A stretch of DNA of 64,000 nucleotides from Dehalococcoidia bacterium (GTDB lineage: Bacteria; Chloroflexota; Dehalococcoidia; UBA6926). The stretch is from positions 256,001-320,000 of the forward strand of contig CAXXET010000004.1 of the NCBI GenBank assembly GCA_963666115.2, given 5' to 3'. The position numbers and the translations under genes are program-made. The notes beneath the pieces are model-generated. The model was not told the origin of the DNA, ran no database searches, and saw nothing but the letters and a program-made list of their open reading frames with translations. This document shows positions 57,536-64,000 of this stretch, piece after piece. How positions within the stretch are numbered: position 1 is the stretch's first letter; the number at the start of each line of letters is the position of its first letter.

Positions 57536-60032
57536 TCGATTCACGGACGGCGCGCAAGAGGCGCTCGCCGTGGCGCAGCAGACGGTGATGGACATGAGCC
57601 ACAGCCAGATGGACGTGGAGCATATCGTCTACGCGATCTTCCAACAGCCGGACAGCCAGGCCGTGAGCGTTCTCGAACGGCTGGGCATCGACATTGACGC
57701 GATGACAGACCGGTTCGAGGGCGTGCTGAACAGCGCGCCAAAGGTGGCGGGCGGGGCGACGCAGATGTACCTGACGCCGCGCTTGCAGGGGTTGCTGACG
57801 GGCGCAACGATGGCGTCCAAGAAACTCAATTCAGAGCAGATCGGGACTGAGCACCTGCTGCTGGGCGCGGTGGGCGTGAACAACGGGGATTCGAACACAA
57901 TCTTCAAGGAGTTCAACCTGACTCAGCCGCGCCTCGAAACGGCGCTGAAAGAGGCGCAGGGCGGCGCGGGCGCGGACGGCGGCGCCGAGGGAGGGCGCGG
58001 TCGTTCGGAACAGTCGCGCCGCGCCCTGGACCGCTACACCATCGACCTGACGGCGTTGGCCGAGGAAAGCAAGCTTGACCCGGTGATCGGGCGGCAGGCG
58101 GAGATCCGGCGGGTGATGCAGATACTGACGCGGCGCACGAAGAACAATCCCGTCGTGATCGGCGAGGCAGGCGTCGGCAAGACCGCCATCGCAGAGGGGC
58201 TGGCGCAGAGGATCATTGCCGGAGACGTGCCGGAATCGTTGAGCCATGCACGCGTTCATGCGCTCGATATGGGGTCGCTCGTCGCGGGGGCGAAGTTCCG
58301 CGGGGAGTTCGAGGAGCGGCTGAAGAACGTGCTGAACGACGTGCGGAGCGCGCACGGGGACATCGTGCTGTTCATCGACGAACTGCATACGGTCGTTGGG
58401 ACAGGGGCGGCGGAGGGCGCGATGGACGCGTCCAACATGCTCAAGCCGGCACTGTCGCGGGGCGAACTACAGGCCGTCGGCGCGACGACACTCGACGAGT
58501 ATCGCAAGCACATCGAAAAGGACACGGCACTGGAGCGGCGCTTCCAGCCGGTGTATATCGAGGAGCCGTCGCTGGAGGACGCGCTTGCGATCTTGCAGGG
58601 CATCGCGCCGCGCTATGAGGCACACCACCGGGTGACGATCACGCCAGAGGCGTTGGAGGCGGCGGCGCGGCTGAGCGCGCGGTACATCACGGATCGACAA
58701 CTGCCGGACAAGGCCATCGACCTGATCGACGAGGCGGGGTCGCGCCTACGGATCGACGCGGAGTCGTTCACCCCTGAGTTGAAGCAGATGGATCAGCGGA
58801 TGCGCCAGCTTGAGATCGAGGATGAGGCGGCGTCGAACCGGGAGGATTTCGAGGAGGCGGCGCGGATCAAGCAGGCGCGGGCGCAGCTGCAGAACGACTA
58901 TGAGACGGCGCTTTCGACGTGGAAGCAGGAGAAGAGCATCCGCAACACGGTGGAGGCGGAGGACATCGCGACGTTGATCTCAGAGTGGACCGGGGTGCCG
59001 GTGAGCCGGATGATGGAGGAGGAAACGCAGCGGTTGACGCGGATGGAGTCCGAGCTTCACAGGCGCGTGATCGGGCAGGAGCAGGCGGTCACGGCGCTTT
59101 CGGACGCGGTCCGGCGGGCGCGGGCGGGGCTGAAGGACCCGGAGCGCCCCATCGGCAGCTTCATCTTCCTAGGGCCGACGGGCGTGGGCAAGACGGAGAT
59201 GGCGCGCGCGCTGGCGGAGTTCCTGTTCGGCGACGAAGAGGCGCTGGTTCGGCTGGATATGTCCGAGTACGGCGAGCGGCATGAGGTATCGCGGCTGATC
59301 GGCGCGCCGCCCGGGTACATCGGGTACGACGACGGGGGGCAGTTGACGGAACTGGTGCGGCGAAGGCCCTACCGCGTCATCCTGTTCGACGAGATCGAGA
59401 AGGCGCACCCGGACGTGTTCAACATGTTCCTGCAAATCCTGGAGGACGGGCGGCTGACAGACGGGCACGGGCGGACGGTGGACTTCCGCAACACGGTCAT
59501 CATCATGACGTCCAACCTGGGGACGGAGATATTGCAGCGGGAGAGGATCGGGCTGCTGAGGCCGTCGGACGGAGCGCAGGCGTTTCAGGACTTGCAGAAG
59601 TCCGTCGACCAGGCGTTGAAAAAGGCGTTCAGGCCGGAGTTCATCAACCGTATCGACGAGATCATCGTGTTCGAGCCGCTGAGCCAGGAGCAGATTCTGC
59701 AGATCGTGGACATGATGGTGGCGGAGGTTCAGAAGCGGCTGGAGGAGCGGAGCCTGCGGATCACGCTGACGGACGCGGCGCGGGAGTGGCTGGCGAAGGT
59801 GGGGTTCGATCCGTCGTTCGGGGCGCGACCGCTGAGGCGGGCCATCCAGCGCCACGTTGAAAACACGCTGGCGCGGGAGATACTGGAGGGGCGCATTGCG
59901 GACGGGGATGACATCATCATCGACCGCGGGGACGGGGAGGGGGAGAACGTGGATGAGTTGACGTTTGCGAAGGCGGGGGCGGACGCTGCTCCCATGCCGG
60001 TGGCGGTGGAGCGGGAGGCTGCGGGGGTGTGA
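57522..60032 (+). CDS. clpC: ClpC/ClpB-family AAA+ chaperone
   Basis: GEAGVGKT and [21 protein letters not shown]; short UVR-like middle domain suggests ClpC. Confidence 0.85.
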   Translation: MMSPDRFTDGAQEALAVAQQTVMDMSHSQMDVEHIVYAIFQQPDSQAVSVLERLGIDIDAMTDRFEGVLNSAPKVAGGATQMYLTPRLQGLLTGATMASKKLNSEQIGTEHLLLGAVGVNNGDSNTIFKEFNLTQPRLETALKEAQGGAGADGGAEGGRGRSEQSRRALDRYTIDLTALAEESKLDPVIGRQAEIRRVMQILTRRTKNNPVVIGEAGVGKTAIAEGLAQRIIAGDVPESLSHARVHALDMGSLVAGAKFRGEFEERLKNVLNDVRSAHGDIVLFIDELHTVVGTGAAEGAMDASNMLKPALSRGELQAVGATTLDEYRKHIEKDTALERRFQPVYIEEPSLEDALAILQGIAPRYEAHHRVTITPEALEAAARLSARYITDRQLPDKAIDLIDEAGSRLRIDAESFTPELKQMDQRMRQLEIEDEAASNREDFEEAARIKQARAQLQNDYETALSTWKQEKSIRNTVEAEDIATLISEWTGVPVSRMMEEETQRLTRMESELHRRVIGQEQAVTALSDAVRRARAGLKDPERPIGSFIFLGPTGVGKTEMARALAEFLFGDEEALVRLDMSEYGERHEVSRLIGAPPGYIGYDDGGQLTELVRRRPYRVILFDEIEKAHPDVFNMFLQILEDGRLTDGHGRTVDFRNTVIIMTSNLGTEILQRERIGLLRPSDGAQAFQDLQKSVDQALKKAFRPEFINRIDEIIVFEPLSQEQILQIVDMMVAEVQKRLEERSLRITLTDAAREWLAKVGFDPSFGARPLRRAIQRHVENTLAREILEGRIADGDDIIIDRGDGEGENVDELTFAKAGADAAPMPVAVEREAAGV

Positions 60033-60073
60033 GAGGCGAATGAGTCGGGGGCGCAATAGGGGGCGGCACGATC

Positions 60074-61549
60074 ATGAACACTCTAACCAGTGAATCCAGC
60101 GAGTCGTTACGAAAGTCTGCCGTGTGCCGCGCTGCAAAAGTCCTGGCGTGTGTCTTGGGTAGCGTCACCCTGTTGATTGTTGCGCTCCTACTAGTCTGGA
60201 TTGGTTGGATTCTCATGGACATCGCGCTAGGTAATGACTCTTGGGGGCATGATGAAACTGAATGGTCCGTTCCGCTGAGATACAATCTAGAGTGGTCGCC
60301 ATCCGGCGAGTACATCGTATTTGCCGACAACTGGAACACTCTAAGTGTTTCAGCCGACGGAACCGCTTTGCACTTCCTTCAAGGTGAGGGCAGGCGCGAT
60401 GATTTTTCCATATCTATATCTCCCGACGGATCACGTGTCGCTTACTCTACTACCAGATATCCCAGAGACGTAGACCTCGCTCTGGGCATCAATTCCGAAA
60501 TTGAAACGTCAAGACTGGATGGCTCCGATACTCGGAGGCTTACAAAGACTGAGATGGATGACATATATCCCGTATGGTCGCCAGACGGCGGGCGTTTTGT
60601 GGTGATGCGTTCCGGAGACAACGATGAGGGAGTCAGTGGGCTGTACACTATGTCTGCGGATGGCTCTGACCTACAGTTGCTCCTCCCGCTCCCATACCAT
60701 GTTGCCCCCTCGGATGAACCAGAAAATGGTTCACGCATGCCCAAACTCGCACGGCGCCCGCTTGGCGATCTTCCACAGCGCGACCATGGAGGCCCCCTTT
60801 GGTCGCCAAGCGGTGATATGCTCGCTTTCTCTGGCACACTGCTTAGCTGGCAGCCCAAAGCCCATAGCATCTATGTGATCAATTCTGATGGTACAGGACT
60901 CTCTATCGTGTTCTCAGCATCCGGAGTTACAGAGAGGGACTATTCCGACAGTAGCTCACTGCTCTACGTAGCTGACCCCATCATCGGAACACCGGCCTGG
61001 TCTCCTGACGGACGGATGATCACTTTCATGCGCTACATCGAGGACGACTACCGGGGTCTGACGTCTATGGGAGAATACTACGCGATCAAGGGTGAACCCG
61101 GGCTGGCTCTCTATGCAGTAAGCGTAGACGGCACAGGCTTTCGGGAGGTCGTGAAGTTCGGCCCGCGTTTCGCATGTGATGGCGCGGTAACCTGGTCACC
61201 AGACGGGGCCGCAATCCTCACATCCTATTTTCAGCCACAAGACGCAAGATTCAGGGTCTGCGGCAACCGTAATCCTGACTCAGATCAGGGATATGTCTAT
61301 GTCGTTGACGCGAACAGTGGCAATGCGCAACGGATTGGCGAGGGCGCGCATGCGGTCTGGTCTCCTGATGGATCAAGGGTCGCCGTCTTCAATCCGTTCT
61401 CCGATGGCGTTCTCTACACCGCCAACCCGGACGGGTCCGGCGTGCATGTGCTGGTGAGGCGAAAGGACGACGGCGAGCTTGTGGCAGCCAATCGTAGGTG
61501 CGTGCTGTTCTTCTGCTGGAGTGTTGATCCGTCGGGGGATGGGGGCTGA
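60074..61549 (+). CDS. membrane-anchored TolB-like (PD40) beta-propeller protein, paralogue 1
   Basis: N-terminal TM; repeated WSPDG/WSPSG. Confidence 0.85.
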   Translation: MNTLTSESSESLRKSAVCRAAKVLACVLGSVTLLIVALLLVWIGWILMDIALGNDSWGHDETEWSVPLRYNLEWSPSGEYIVFADNWNTLSVSADGTALHFLQGEGRRDDFSISISPDGSRVAYSTTRYPRDVDLALGINSEIETSRLDGSDTRRLTKTEMDDIYPVWSPDGGRFVVMRSGDNDEGVSGLYTMSADGSDLQLLLPLPYHVAPSDEPENGSRMPKLARRPLGDLPQRDHGGPLWSPSGDMLAFSGTLLSWQPKAHSIYVINSDGTGLSIVFSASGVTERDYSDSSSLLYVADPIIGTPAWSPDGRMITFMRYIEDDYRGLTSMGEYYAIKGEPGLALYAVSVDGTGFREVVKFGPRFACDGAVTWSPDGAAILTSYFQPQDARFRVCGNRNPDSDQGYVYVVDANSGNAQRIGEGAHAVWSPDGSRVAVFNPFSDGVLYTANPDGSGVHVLVRRKDDGELVAANRRCVLFFCWSVDPSGDGG

Positions 61550-61636
61550 GAGGAATGATCGCAACGCAGGCGTCGGCTACGAGCGGCGCACCCTTGTATA
61601 GTGTGAGGGCAAACAACACGGAGGGATGGTTACGCG

Positions 61637-63133
61637 ATGATGCGTCGCATGAGCACTCCAGTCAATGACCCTGGCGAGTCGTCACGGAAGTCTGCCCGGT
61701 GCCGCGTGGCGAAAATCGTGGTGTGCGTCGTGGGCAGCCTCACCTTGCTGATACTTGCCATCCCAATAGTCTGGATTGGCTATAATGTCGTAGGCTGCTG
61801 GATGGGGCAAGGCCTCTGGTGTCCTGGGTCCGCGCATGACAAAGACGAACCGCCTTACCTCAGGTATGATCTTCAATGGTCACCAGATGGCGAGTACATC
61901 GTATTTGCCGACAACCGGAGCACTCATAGTGTTACGGCAAATGGAACCTCTCTGCATCTGATTCAAGAGAGGATCAATCACAATCAGGATGATTTTTCGA
62001 TATCCATATCGCCGGACGGATCACGAGTTGTTTACTCCACTTACGAATATCCAAAGCGAGAAACGCCACCTCTTCGTAAGAATGACGAAATCGCAACATC
62101 AAGAATGGATGGCTCTGACCGCAAAAGGATTACAGAAACCCAAGTTTTTGACAATTATCCGAGCTGGTCGCCCGATGGCAAGTTCTTCGCATTGCTCAGG
62201 TTTCCACATTCACAAAATGCAACTTCGAAAGGGGGGCTCTATATGGTCGCCGCAGATGGTTCCGATCCAAAATTGCTTCTGCTGTTGCCATACAGCCTGT
62301 CTTCCTTGACGAAACCTGTAAGTGTTTCTGGCGTACCCACTCTCGTACCCGGGCCACTTAGCGATTTTCCACAGGGTGACCATAGAGGGCCCATTTGGTC
62401 ACCAAGCGGTGAAATGCTTGCTTTCTCCGGCTCGCTGTACCATTGGCGCCCCCAAGCCCATAGTATTTATGTGATAAATTCTGATGGTACTGGCCTATCC
62501 GCCGTGTTCTCAGCATCCGGAGTTATAGAGACAAAAGACTCGGGCAGGAACTCCCTGCTCTACGCAGCTGACCTCATCATCGGAACGCCGGCTTGGTCTC
62601 CTGACAGTAAGAAACTCGCGCTCATGCGGTATATTGAGGACGACTATGGAGAGCTCATGGGAGAAGAGTACTCGATTGCAGGCGAACCCGGTCTGGCTCT
62701 CTATGAAGTAGGCGTAGATGGTACAGATTTTCGTGAGATCGTGAAGCTCGGTCCACGTTTCGCATGTGATGGCGCGGTAGCCTGGTCGCCGAATGAGCCC
62801 AGCATTCTCGTTTCTTACTTTCAGCCCAACAGACCGCAAAGCAGGTTCTGTGGAGATATTAATCATGACTCGGATCAGGGGCATGTGCATGTCGTCGACG
62901 TGACCAGTGGCAATGCGCAACGGATTGGCGAGGGCGCGCATGCAGTCTGGTCTCCTGATGGATCAAGGGTCGCCGTCTTCAATCCGTTCTCAGATGACGT
63001 CATCTACACCGCCAACCCGGACGGCTCCGACATACAGGCGCTTGTAAAGCGAAACGAGGACGGCGAGCTTGTGGCGGCCAATCGTAGGTGTGTGCTGTTC
63101 TTCTGCTGGAGTGTTGCCCCGGCTGGAGTATGA
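61637..63133 (+). CDS. membrane-anchored TolB-like (PD40) beta-propeller protein, paralogue 2
   Basis: Tandem duplicate of 60074-61549. Confidence 0.85.
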   Translation: MMRRMSTPVNDPGESSRKSARCRVAKIVVCVVGSLTLLILAIPIVWIGYNVVGCWMGQGLWCPGSAHDKDEPPYLRYDLQWSPDGEYIVFADNRSTHSVTANGTSLHLIQERINHNQDDFSISISPDGSRVVYSTYEYPKRETPPLRKNDEIATSRMDGSDRKRITETQVFDNYPSWSPDGKFFALLRFPHSQNATSKGGLYMVAADGSDPKLLLLLPYSLSSLTKPVSVSGVPTLVPGPLSDFPQGDHRGPIWSPSGEMLAFSGSLYHWRPQAHSIYVINSDGTGLSAVFSASGVIETKDSGRNSLLYAADLIIGTPAWSPDSKKLALMRYIEDDYGELMGEEYSIAGEPGLALYEVGVDGTDFREIVKLGPRFACDGAVAWSPNEPSILVSYFQPNRPQSRFCGDINHDSDQGHVHVVDVTSGNAQRIGEGAHAVWSPDGSRVAVFNPFSDDVIYTANPDGSDIQALVKRNEDGELVAANRRCVLFFCWSVAPAGV

Positions 63134-63143
63134 CGGGCGTGCC

Positions 63144-63452
63144 GTGAAATCACTTGACCAGTTGCGCAGCCATTTGATTGCGCGTGAGTTCGACTACTCC
63201 AAGCACGCGTTGGAGCGCGCGGCCTTCAGGAACATTAGTGAGCGAGAAATAAGGGAGGCGGGGGACGGTTGCACGGTCATTGAAGACTACCTGGACGACC
63301 ATTACGGGCCAAGCGCCCTCCTGCTGGGATTCACTGCGTCAGGCCGGCCGATTCACATCGTCGTTTCCTTAGCCGACACGCCGCGCGTGAAAATCGTTAC
63401 ACTGTATGAGCCTGATGAAGAGCTTTGGATCGACTACGCCACGAGGAGATAG
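63144..63452 (+). CDS. DUF4258 protein (putative toxin)
   Basis: SKHALER, IEDY, GRPIHIV, IVTLYEPD...W. Confidence 0.85.
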   Translation: MKSLDQLRSHLIAREFDYSKHALERAAFRNISEREIREAGDGCTVIEDYLDDHYGPSALLLGFTASGRPIHIVVSLADTPRVKIVTLYEPDEELWIDYATRR

Positions 63453-63454
63453 CC

Positions 63455-63685
63455 ATGTACGCGTGCGCGGTCTGTCACGGGGATAACAGCCGTGAAGAAA
63501 TCGTCGACGAGGTGCTCAACCTCGGTGGTCGCTACGCGCTCGTGAGTGGAGTGCCCGCAACTGTGTGCGGCAACTGTGGGGAGCGATCATTCAGCCCAGA
63601 AACGACGGAAAGGGTGCGCCTGCTCGTCAATTCTCCGGTTGCCTCCGGCGAATCCATCACCATGGAGCGCTACGAATTCGCTTAG
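63455..63685 (+). CDS. YgiT-type zinc finger protein (putative antitoxin)
   Basis: CAVC...VPATVCGNCGE. Confidence 0.85.
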   Translation: MYACAVCHGDNSREEIVDEVLNLGGRYALVSGVPATVCGNCGERSFSPETTERVRLLVNSPVASGESITMERYEFA

Positions 63686-63796
63686 AGCGTCTCGGCGGAC
63701 GCTTCGCCCTCAGAACCCTGCTATCCAACCAATCCCCGGCTCGAATTCCACGGCTATGGCTACTGCTATCCCCTCTTCGGCGAGGGGGGCGGTCAC

Positions 63797-63885
63797 CTTT
63801 CGACAGGCTCAGGGTGACCGGGGGGGCTGAGGGTAGTGGTTTGGGGGATAATGTTGAGGGATTCTTCGCTGCGCTCAGAATGACA
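63797..63885. repeat. REP-like families A and B
   Basis: TTCGACAGGCTCAGGGTGAC and GATTCTTCGCTGCGCTCAGAATGACA. Confidence 0.85.
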
Positions 63886-64000
63886 ACCGGGGTGGTTTGG
63901 GGTGATGGGGCTTTGGGATGAGTGATTATCCTTTGGGGGAGGGGTTTGTTTCTGTTGAGGGGATGCGGCTCCAGTTTGTGGAGGCCGGGCCTTCGAATGG

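Overview
A GC-rich bacterial chromosome segment; gene content and order suggest Chloroflexota (Dehalococcoidia/SAR202-like), which is inference. Housekeeping genes: TPP-riboswitch-controlled thiBPQ, tmk, gatA/gatC, rarA, fabL-like SDR, rph, comEA-comEC, glyA, rpsF-ssb-rpsR, hom-thrC-folE, ilvE, a his cluster and dnaJ-hspR-clpC. Interleaved accessory DNA: three large adenine-methyltransferase/RM loci (one paired with a PLD-SNF2 helicase), two TA pairs, a DUF3800 gene and two expanded families of surface-protein paralogues. Main unexplained signals: (1) a ~500-nt region at 21.8-22.33 kb with no credible ORF, closed by a perfect 15-bp inverted repeat and filled with nested stems (candidate large structured RNA or MITE); (2) a compact multi-stem RNA convergent with the DUF3800 gene; (3) about 20 copies of three short palindromic REP-like families, some inserted in-frame in hisF and a glycosyltransferase or supplying stop codons; (4) local + strand G/T-rich tracts near these repeats and island borders; (5) a REP-flanked, mosaic three-member lipoprotein family. 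I found no CRISPR array, rRNA, tRNA, transposase or integrase. All calls are from reading the sequence by eye; no searches were run.
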